Shown piece by piece: positions 13,030 through 24,221 of a DNA stretch of 64,000 nucleotides; within the stretch, counting starts at the first letter, position 1, and the number at the start of each line of letters is the position of its first letter. The notes below the pieces were generated by a model. It was given only the letters and a program-made list of their open reading frames with translations. It made no database searches and was not told where the DNA came from. Source of the stretch: Azolla caroliniana (lineage: Eukaryota > Plantae > Polypodiophyta). Where the stretch lies: positions 6,882,001 through 6,946,000 of the forward strand of contig JBHGNT010000017.1 of the NCBI GenBank assembly GCA_043228905.1, given 5' to 3'. The position numbers were made by a program, and so were the translations under genes.

Positions 13030-13400
13030 ACCAACCTAGCCCGAGATCTTGGATTGAAGTCCCAATTTTCTTACCTCTCTATTACACATATCCTCTTAAT
13101 TTTCTAGATAACACTTTGAAATGTAAGGGTTCATCTCCATTGGACATCCTTATCAACTCAACATTGTCTCTCTTTCATTAAATTCTCATTTTACTATATT
13201 ACTAACTTATCCTATTGGTAATTAGCTCACGTTAGTGGTTAGTTGTTAGACTACTAACATAGTCTACATTTTGGGTTTGAAACCCAATTTTCTCACTTCT
13301 TTATTACACCATACATATCTCTTAATTTAGTAGATGCCAATGTACAATGTAGGGGTTAAATGCATGACCTTCTAGTCTCCATTGGGCAACTTACCAATTG
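13030..13400 (+). repeat. Degenerate ~235-bp tandem duplication containing a tRNA-derived SINE-like head
   Basis: cccaattttct.ac.tct...cttaattt..taga...aatgta.gggtt occurs twice; attagctcacgttagtggtt...gggtttgaaaccc resembles A/B boxes and the units at 62360-62730. Confidence 0.5.
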
Positions 13401-15144
13401 AGCTACATCAAATTAAGAGAACCTAAGTTTGATTCTCGGCATGGGGCGAGGCCTCATCTCATAGATTGCCATTGGTCTCTAGTTTATGGAGTGCTCTTAT
13501 AAAAGGATAGGTATAAACTAGATCAAATGGAATGTGACAAACATGAGACTAAAGATGATAAGGATGTCAAACTACAATGTAAGCATTCATGACCATGCGA
13601 ACAATGTCTCATATGGTCAACTACTACACTCACCAAACCTAACACAACTTTTGCAAACTAGATACACAAAACCACAACTCTTATGTACATATGCATGGTC
13701 TCTCCTTATCACAAGGAAACTTTAAGAAAATTCATGACCCACATAAAACATTGCAAGCACATTAGAGGAGATTCTCTTGTAATTGTTTTTAGGTCCCATA
13801 TTAGGTTTTATTTCTAATCTGATGATGGATATGGAAGCCATGCTTGAGATCATGGTATTGGGAAGATCATTCCATATTGCATATTCATCCAACTACAAGA
13901 AAACACCAACATATTGCACAATCCATTTAGGCTGATGAAATTGGTGGTGTGCAAAAAGTACGTAACCAACAATACTAGAAAGAAACATGTGGAAGTTATG
14001 AAGTGGAAAGAATATTTGCCTCACTTAAAATGCGAAACATGAAACATTGATTTACGGGAAGCGTTACTATCCAAGGTATTGATTGAAACTTGTGACTAGT
14101 ACTAAAGAGCTCCCAATGAGCAATTCTTGTTTGGCATCCAAGGATTGTTTTACATGAATGAGAACCTATTTTCTTCATGTATTCTTGACCGTCATGGATT
14201 GTTACTAAATATATCATTATGTTGCGACGGAATTTAAGCCTTTTTCCTAGAGTAGGCGTTGGAGAATTAGAATATGCTAAAATCTGTATTGAGTTTGCAG
14301 TATTTGGATCATGCACACATCCAAGTTATGGGAAAATTCTTGGAAAATGTTTTTCCCAATGAATTATGAAATTGTATTGAAGAATGATTGATCTTCACCA
14401 TATGGTTCAAATGAGTACATCTAGGTTTTCATTTGAATGTGAATGCAACTTATAATTTGTAGATAGAGACCAAATCCCAACGTGGGCAACACTTTGTTTT
14501 TCTTTTGGGTAACTAGTGAGAAGAATGTCAATTGTGCCCACAAGGAAAAAACTCACACACACAAAAAATAGTGCATTATAATTAAGGCAAAAATTGTGGT
14601 GAGAAAGCAATGTGGTTATCTAGTGGCATGCGCAGTGATAGCTAGTACAATCACCAGAGGGCGAGTCCTAATTAGATACCCCACTTTCTTCATAAAACAT
14701 GAAAAGTAAAGTCGGGGATCGTCATTCCTATGGAAAACGAATCCCATCTAGCTCATATCGACATTGATAAGGTTGATAGTACACGCATGCCTTACTTTAT
14801 CAAAGGACTTCATCATTAGAGAACTAGAGTTATCTAAACTTTGGGACAAAGCGAGGTTGAATACAATTCGTCTCACTTACACAAAACCTTCCATTGTTAA
14901 TTGTCACCTAGGCATTATGATTGAGGGTATTATTGGTAGGAGTTGAAAACGGTAAACCATTGTTAAAAGGTTTGGCGGCTCGGTTCAATCTTGAGCCTCC
15001 TTAACCGTTTTGAGCTTGGTTTGGCAAGGCCCAACTTGAACCGGACCGTTTAGTGCCTGCCAAACAGGTCACTAAATAGGTTTAGGCATAAACGGTTTGG
15101 ACGAACCGGTTACTAAACCAGTTTAGTGTTAACAGGTTTGAACA

Positions 15145-16510
15145 CGAGACTTGGACTGCGAGAAGCATGGACATTAAGGCCACATGTCTGCCCGTTTTTT
15201 TGTCCATGTGCCAAACATGTGGAGGAGCCCATTTCTGTCACGTGCCACAGAGAATCAGAAGCCCTACGGAGAGTTGCGACACGTGCGAAATGCGGCTGAC
15301 TGACGGGAGCTCCCGTCAAGTGGACGGCCGTTAGTCAATGAGGAACCTTTTTAAGTCCCTTCCATTGAATGGGATGATGGACGATTGCGAGAATTAATGA
15401 GCCAGTTAATCAATTAATTAATTAATTAGCCTAGTTGAATTAATTAATTAATTAGCGAGTTGATCTATTAATTAATTTGAGGGTTTAAGTAGTTTGGCGA
15501 CTGTTCTGTTTCTGACATTAAATGCTCTGTTTTTTTGTTTTTCTTTGTTATTTTTGGCGACTGCCAAGAGAAGACATGTCTATGCCAAGTTTAGTATGTA
15601 TGTTAATAAAGATTAAAAAGGGGAGGATGATCGAAGGCCCCTCAAAATAAGAGGCAGCAGCAAAACACAAAAATCGAACAAATCACATGCATCTAAGGCT
15701 ATTGGATAAATAAATAACTAAATTTATATGTATGTATGTATATCTGTAGAATGAATTCTGTGTACATATTCAATCAATGTTTTCAGTGCCATTGCTTCTT
15801 TTTTTTTGCTTTTGTGTCGCATCCACTAATTGGCCTCTGGGGATGTATATATTTATATATATATAATGAATTAAACCACTGAATTGAATGGATAATTGAA
15901 TGAATTATTAGGGTGAGATTTATAGAGTTGATCAAAAGTAATGGTGTACAGACACCATGGAGACAATGACATGGCGATCAGGGGAGGGGTTTGTAATGTG
16001 TGAACGTCCATAAATAAATCATAGATCAATACATAATACTGCGAGCATCCCGCTTAGACCCGTCTTTCTCAATTCAATGCTGCAAGAATTTTATGCTGTG
16101 CGATGAAGCCGGGATTATTTATCCTTTGTTTTGTGTCTCCATTTGTAATTAAATTAAATTAGTACTCCTAATTAATCAAGAAATTAATTGGAATGTTCAC
16201 AATAATGATCACATTCGCACATATATCCATATTGATATAATCACTACTCATTAATTTCGATAATACTCACCAACATAGGAATTTACTACTAGCACTTATA
16301 ATACTATTAATCTCACTACTATATACAAAGGCAAATAATATTTATCATTTTTTTCTTTATAATTAAACTCTTAATGTACAGGCATTATTAAAATTAAATT
16401 CTCCTAAACGCATACACACAGACACAATAAGCATTATTACATCATCATTTATTCCATATCATATACATATTAGTCAATTGATTTTTAATGTGACATTTCA
16501 CACAATCTAA
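15145..16510 (+). pseudogene. Decayed tandem paralogue of the MADS gene (promoter, exon-1 scraps, start of intron 1)
   Basis: Collinear matches to 3835-5760: G-boxes and GGCTGACTGACGG, (TAAT)n, gcttttgtgtcgc.tcca, gacaatg.catggc (15962 vs 5196), ATGCTGTGCGATGAAGCCGGGATTATT = MLCDEAGII vs [11 protein letters not shown] (16093-16119), aattaa.ctcttaatgt and tttaatgtgacattt. Confidence 0.7.
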
Positions 16511-19500
16511 TTAAGCCCCATATACGTCCCCTTCAGAAAAAAAGTAATTGGCAAATCATTTTTATATGTTATACCATCAAAGGAATCCTGTTGATTACTA
16601 GGATTATCCTGCATAAACTGTACAGAGAAGACTATGGTTGAGGCCAAAAGTAGCCCTTGACACCAAGACAGGCCTATGAGAGAGTCAAATCATATAAACC
16701 TAAAAATGGAAGTTCGTAACTGTAATTTCCTTTTAATCATAAGAATACCATCTTCTTGCGGGAGCAAATGAGGGGATTATACCATGTTTTAAATCGTTCG
16801 GGAAACAATAATAATGTGGTTGACAAAATGATGAATAAATAAATTTCTTAGTTTGTATGTGGTGTAATTGAACATAACTAGTAGCATTGAAAAGACCAAT
16901 GTGAATGGAATAGTGAGAACCCTTCAATATACATATAAGCAAGTCATTGACATCATCATCATCATAACATATTGCATAATATAATAGAGTAGTTGCATTG
17001 CAATGAAGTCATGAAGTTTTTCTTACCCACGAAGATGATTGACAATGCACCAAGTTATGTGATCAAAATTTTGCCTCTTATGACATGATTACCCACATGA
17101 TGAGTGACAATCACGTCATGAAGTCAAGAACATAAGAGAATAATTTTTATCGAATGATGTTTGTGGAGTGGATTTATATCATATCATAGATTATGTTAAG
17201 ACATGAATCATTTACATCAATTTGATGTAGATCTTTGTACTAGTACCCACAACATTTTGATATCTAGATCTTGTGAGATCCCACATCATACCACTTGAAC
17301 AACAAGAATTGACTTGATGATCATCATTATACATTAATACAGGCTATATATATATATATATGATGTTCCACAACCATTGTCTCACACATTAGTCTGTGTT
17401 AAAACAAGAATAGTTGAAAAAGCTCATGACGATGGTCCTCCAACCATTAATGGTGGCATTTTCATTAATTCCTGAACTTGTAAGGCAAAAACATATGGGA
17501 CTAATCATGAAATATAAAATGGTGAAATCATGCAAATCAAACACCAAATTTTAAAACATTCATAGCAAGCATGGAAAATTGAAACCAAATGATCTCAATT
17601 AGAGCCTATCAAACCATGGTCTTTAAGTTTGCGATCATATATTGAAAAGAGAAGAGAAAATAGAGATCAAACTTTAGAACCTTGGGAATTAACTTGAACT
17701 TGTCAACAAATATGTGGTATCCTGGCCAAATATGTTACTTGTCTCTCTCCAAATTATATCATTGGGTATTGATGCATCTTTACACGTTTTACGGAACATT
17801 GATATTTACCATGAGTCAAACCAGTAAAAAGGAATGGATCCATCAAGTTACTTGATCATTTTAACATCTTAGGAATAATCTACATGAAATTATAATGCAT
17901 GTATTATACTAGCAAAAGGGTACTTTAGTAACATGAATGATATGAACACAATGTTTCCATGGCTAAAAATGGACGATATTTCCAATTTTGAAATGAGCTC
18001 CCACCAAAAATAGGTTTCTTTATGAAAAATAAACTATAATAAAAATGAAGGGGAATACAATTGTTATTTAAAGAGAGAGAAGCTTTCTTTATGTACCCCT
18101 ACCTTCTCACTACTTTTCATCATATATGGTTTCCTATTGAAGGGGATTGCCATATCATTTGCTAATGATAATGCAAAGCACAATATGGATTTACAATCCA
18201 TTGAGCTAGTAACCAATTTCTTGTTTATTAGCCTTCATATTAGACCAAAAGCTCCACTACATATAAGACCAGTATGCCACATTCTGCAATGCCACTGACA
18301 TGTATTCACATTATTTAGTACAATTTTAAGTGTTTGTTGTACCATGCTTACAATGAATTGGCTAATATGTGTAGTTAAGATCAGGGTGGGTGATCATTCA
18401 ATAGAGTAGACTACCAATTATTTGTGGTATTGTGTCAAATCACAAGTTATAGAGATGGATAAAGTATGCATCTTTAGGTTCCACTCAAATGAGTTCGTAA
18501 TTAGCTTGGAATCCAACATCTTGAATATGAACAAGGACATGAGGATTTAATGTAGGAAAAGAAAAGATAGAAAGATAGAAAGAAAAGGAGAGAGAGAGAG
18601 AGAGAGAAACGCAAAGTTGGGAGATGTTGGAGAAGGACAAACACTAATTTTGATGTATCTTCTTGATACAGTGTCCGTTTCCTTTGTTCTTTAGCTTCTT
18701 TCGAAGCCTGCACATAGAGCTTTCTAAAGAGTATTTGCACGTATCATTTGATGGTCTTGGTAGAACATTACGAGTAAAAATTCCATTCGGTTGCATGCAT
18801 CTCATGATCGCTTGCTTTGATTCCTTCTCCAACACAATTACTTGTAAGTTAGCTCTCTCCTATTTCTTGTCATATGAATGATAGTGCTTTCATGAATATG
18901 GATGAGTCTCCAAATTCTTCAAAGGATGCATGCATGGGTGAGTTAGTATCAAGCCCAAGAGGGGATGGTAAAAAGAAAACGATGTATTGAAGATAATAGT
19001 AATGACATGTCTTATGCTGATGCAATGCGACAAGATGATAGTCATTGGGAACATTTAAGATGCATGGCAAATATATTAATGGAAGATTGTATAAGGGAGA
19101 ATGTCAAAGTTGCTGAGGAGTTTGTTGACGATGAAGTGGCTAAGGTAGAAATAGACAATAAGGATTTTTTGGGCTCATTTGTTAATCTTTGTGATAAAGG
19201 GGTGATATTGTTTTTCACAGGGAAGATACCTTTCCTTTGGAGGGTCAAATAATGGTTACGTGGGATTTTACAAGCTGATTGTGTTCAGGATGTTTATGCT
19301 GGTCCTCGTGGATTTTATGAGGTTGTTTTGGTATCGCAAGAGTATAAAGAGAAATTACTCAATAAATTGCTAGTTTTTTATGAGAAAAGTTTGGTTCACA
19401 TTGTTCCGTGGAGGCCACTAGTGGAATACCAAGATATATTAAAGCAAGAGTGTCCTGTATGGGTTGAAGTAGAGTGCACATATTCAGTGGTTTGGCCAAT

Positions 19501-20384
19501 ATTACGGTTAGCGATGGAAAAGTTGGAAAAGATCTTGGTGCCTCCTAGTGCTAATGCTTAAAATTGATATCAGATGTTTATTCTTTGGAATACTACTATA
19601 AAGAGGCCAAGTTGTTTAAAGATTGCATGCTTTGATATGGCGCCTATGTAGTTTTGGCTTAAATGGGGAACATTTGCAGGACATTGTTTCTATTGTGGTG
19701 CGTTGGGGCATTTTATGGCTGAGTGTCCTCAAAAAAGAAATAATGTAGTGGAAGTGGTACATGAAGAGCCTACAACTCATGATCAGATTCAAGCTTTAAA
19801 AATTTCAGAGCAAACAAAGGAACCACAAATTGTGAATGAGAAGGATGGAAAGACTCTAGAGGATGAAGGACAATGGTCAATAGTTTCTGGAAAGATGAAG
19901 AAGTCTAATAAAAATGTTGGGCATAATGTATCTATGGAGAAGGTCACACCGACAAATCCCAAGCGGAATAAATCATGGGCTCGTCAAGAGGACTATCCAA
20001 AGAAATTATCTTTTGATAATAAAGGTAATTTGTATGTTCCTCGGAATAAACGGAAATCGGTGCCTCGTTCATATGAGGAGCCATCAGTGTCTGGAGTTTT
20101 GCATTCCCATAGTAATTCATATGCAATCTTAGGGGATTTATTTCAGGATATGGCAAAAACATTAGTAGTGAAGGAGAAGGAGATATCTCGAATAAAAGGA
20201 AAAAATAAAGTATGAAGATCACCACATGGAATGTGAGGGGATTGTGTTCTAGATTTAGAATGCATGAGGTTTGGAGGATTGTGTTAAGTGAGCAATGGGA
20301 TGTTTTATGTATACAGTAGAGCATAAAGACCATCATAATGTCGGTTTAATTAGTTATTCTAAGGGTTATACATTATGTTATGCT

Positions 20385-20870
20385 GGCAAGGTTCATGGGG
20401 ATTATTCTAGGATTATCATGTTTATAAGAGATAAATTTCACCCAAAAGTAATTGTTTCAGATGAATTTGGAAGATTTATTGTGGTAGAGATATGTTATGA
20501 AGGGCAACCTCTTTGGTTAGTTGGTGTGTATGCATCAAATGTTTCACAAGAACGAAAGTTGTTATGGAGATCTCTAAACTTAGTGCTTGATAATGGTAGA
20601 CCAGGTTTATTGATGGGAGATTTTAATGGCAAGGTTCATGGGGATTATTCTAGGATTGTCATGTTTATAAGAGATAAATTTCACCCAAAAGTAATTGTTT
20701 CAAATGAATTTGGAAGATTTATTGTGGTAGAGATATGTTATGAAGGGCAAGCTCTTTGGTTAGTTGGTGTGTATGCACAAATGTTTCACAAGAACAAAAG
20801 TTGTTATGGAGATCTCTAAACTCAGTGCTTGATAATGGTAGACCAGGTTTATTGATGGTAGATTTTAATG
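20385..20870 (+). repeat. 243-bp tandem duplication within the LINE endonuclease domain
   Basis: ggcaaggttcatggggattattctagg starts at both 20385 and 20628. Confidence 0.92.
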
Positions 20871-23800
20871 TTTGTTGTGAAACAGATCAATCGACATCTA
20901 TCCACTCTATTATGGATGGACCAAAGGCTCAAGAATGGGGACATTTTGAGACTGAAGTCATTTTAAGGGATGTATGGAAATGGATCAAGGGAGATGAACC
21001 TGGTTATACCTTTCAATCAACTCAATATAAGGATACTTGGAGTAGGTTCGATCGAATGTATGTAATGCATACCGAAGGTTTTTACCAGATATTTTGAATA
21101 TTTCGGTGTCTTATGGGTCAATTATATCAGATCATTTCCTATTAATTTTTGAGTTCAATCACCACTCAATTAGAGGTTTTCATGAGTTTTTAGGAAAACC
21201 ACCGTTGATTTTTAATTCATCATTTTTGGATCATGAGATCTTCCATGGCTATATGTGTCAATTGATTGATGCATTTGCCTATCATGTTCAATTTGATGGG
21301 TATGAAGCGTGGGAAGTATTTGTTGCAAATGTTAAGAGGTTAACTAGATATTATGGAATTCACCATGCTTTTAAAAGGAGAAAGAAATTAAGTATCCTAG
21401 TTAATTTTCTTGATAAATGCAACTCATTGTTAACTTGTTGGCCAACGGATGTAGAGTTGATGGGATATCAAGAGGTATTAATTTTTGCGATGCATGACCT
21501 AACGGCAAAAAATTATCAACATGCTAGACTACATCGTCTAAGACAAGAAGTGGATGATGCTAATTGTCAATCACATAAGTTTTTTCATGACCTTCATGAA
21601 TCACATGCACGACATAATGTGGTAAGGTTAGAGATGTATTTTTTAATGGAGTGAAAAATCATGTATTGCATGATGTGGCATGATCATTAGATGCTAATAT
21701 TTCAGAGGATGAGGTGGAACATGTCATGTCACATCTTGCTAATGATAAGAGTCCTGGGTGGGATGGATTAACACATGAACTCTTTAAGAAATATGTGATT
21801 AAGTTAAAGGGGCCTTTTACAGTTTAATTTCAGAAGGTGTGGACATCAGGGGAAATGCCTCATTCTTGGAAGATTGGTTTGATCAACCTTTTGCCGAAGG
21901 TGCCTTCTCCATCTTCCTTTGCTCAATGGAGGCCTATTTCATTGATGGGTGGAATGCAAAAGATTTTTGCAAAAGTGATGGCCAATAGGTTGCATAAGGT
22001 TTCACCTTCTATTATTCATAATGCTCAATATGGGTTTTTAGCAAAAAGAGACATTTTACATAATATTTTAAATGTTCAAATGGCAATTGACTATGCAAAG
22101 GAGGCTAAACAAGATTTAGTGTTGCTACAATTGGATATCGAGAAAGCCTATGATAATGTGGATTGTTCATTTATAAATCAATTGATGTCTCATATGGGTT
22201 TTGGTGATCGTATGTCTAAGTTGACATACACATTAGGGGAGGGTTCGGTTTCACATGCGATGTTTAATGGAGGAGTAACACAACCAATTTCTATTTGGAA
22301 GTCAGTTAGAAAAGGATGCCCGGTAAGTCCTTTACTATTCCCTATTGTGACACATCCTATTCTTGTTAAGTTACATAATATGGCTATGGATGAAGAATTT
22401 CTTGGACTAAGGTTGCCATTAGGGAAGCCATGTATTGTTCAAGCTCTTGCAAATGACCATATTATGTTTTTGGCACCTAATCGGGAAAATATTAGTAAGA
22501 CAAGAGATGCGTGGGAATTGTTTTCAAATGCTTCAGGGTTGAGAATTAATAATATACATAAATCTGTCCTCATTTCATGTACAGAACAATATGTGTTAGG
22601 GTTGGGGTGGTCAGGAAGGATACTACATCGTGGTATGATTTATTGTCACCTTGGATATCCAATTGGGGTGGAAGTTTCTCATGTGAAACTTATTGAGTGG
22701 GTATCCAAAAGGTTGGAGGATAAGTTTATGTATTGGAGGTCTCAGTTTTGGCCTTTTCATGTACAACTTAAGGTGGTCCAATCGATTATGGTCTCTATGG
22801 TATCTTATTATCTTCCTTTGATCCCATGGTCAAAGAAAGCTCTTGAAATGTTGTCACGCTCGATGCGAATGTTGTTATGGAAAAGAAAAGGGAAAAGTGC
22901 CTTGTCATGGTTGGCATGGGATCATGTTTGTACTCCAAAGTGTCTTGGTGCGGCATCAATATTGAATCTATATGAGCATATGGTGGCTCGTCGGTTTACT
23001 TTCATTAGATTCATGTTTGAAGGTGTACAACCTTGGACAAAATGGTGACATAATTTATAGAGAAGAACGGAATAAAGCTTGGAAACATGAAGGTTGAAGC
23101 GAATTGGTGGAATGTAATTAATTCTGACAGGGATGTCAAATGTACAGGCTCTATGATAGTTAATCATTTGTTGACATCTTGGCAAAGTATGTTGGAGTTT
23201 TTGGAATGACATCCCCCACAAGACAGGGGATGTGTCAATTCATTACAAATGGAGGTTTTGGCAACATCAAGGTTGTTGAGGTGGGAAGGTAAACAAATTC
23301 TTAACCTTCAATTTAATCGGATGGCTAGATTGGGTTTGGTAACAGTTAAGGATGTTATGTTGGTTTCACAAAGAAGAGCAATGGCTTTTCGAACAATAAG
23401 ATCAATATTTTCGTATTCCAAAAGGTTATAACTTTATTTGGGATAAGTTGCAACAAATATTATCTTCACATGAGCCAATTCCTGATTTAGATGGGCGATC
23501 TCAAGAGCTTGATTGGAGGTTTGTTGGAAATAAGAGATTGACTATGATCTCAATGAATGTTGCTTATCGCAAGTTGATTGACAAACATAAGTGGTTGGAA
23601 GAAAAGGTTATAAAGATATGGGTTTTCACAAGCCCATTACTTGGTGGTTTCATGTGATCAATGCAAGTTGGTGTTCTCGATTGATGCTACGAGCCTCTCG
23701 ATGATGCTACATTGGGGTGATCAAGGCAGGTTGGTATTTATTTGGAGAGTTATGGTTGGAGCTTTACCATTAGGGGATGCATTAAAGAAAAGAAACATTA

Positions 23801-24084
23801 CAAAAGGATTGTGTTTCTTTTGTTCAGTGGAATTGGAACATAGTAGGCATCGATTTATTTCATGCTCGATGGCAAGGATGGTTTGGAGGTGTATCAATTT
23901 AGTGTGGATGTCTCTAATAGGAGTAAGTCTATCTTCCTTCAGTTGGGTTTTCGCACATATGGAGAACAATGAACCGATGCCTCATTTTCAAATTATTTCT
24001 GAGTTCTTGAGGTATTGGGGGCTATGGTTCAATTGGAATATGGTGTTAGGAAACAGGTCCCTCCGGATGGGAAATGAGAAGAAC

Positions 24085-24123
24085 AGTACTGATGAGCCCG
24101 TGATGGGCGAAACTAGTTTGCCA
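24085..24123 (+). ncRNA. Minimal type-I hammerhead ribozyme (stem I 5'-truncated)
   Basis: agta CTGATGA GCCC-gtgat-GGGC GAAA C-ta-G TT: complete catalytic core, 4-bp stem II, palindromic ACTAGT stem III. Confidence 0.75.
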
Positions 24124-24221
24124 TAAGACCATACCTCAAACCCCATGTAATTTTTCATTTATAATGTTAATTACATGTTTTTAATTATGTTTCTCTCCCT
24201 CGCCCTCTCTCTTCTAATCGT

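Noticed and set aside
13820-13960. Other CTGATGA occurrences (also ~30561, 37420, 48496, and 63298 on the minus strand) as hammerheads
   Set aside because: None is followed by a stem II and GAAA
14937-15145. AACCG-rich hAT-type MITE
   Set aside because: The motif composition is suggestive, but no convincing TIR pair or 8-bp TSD could be defined
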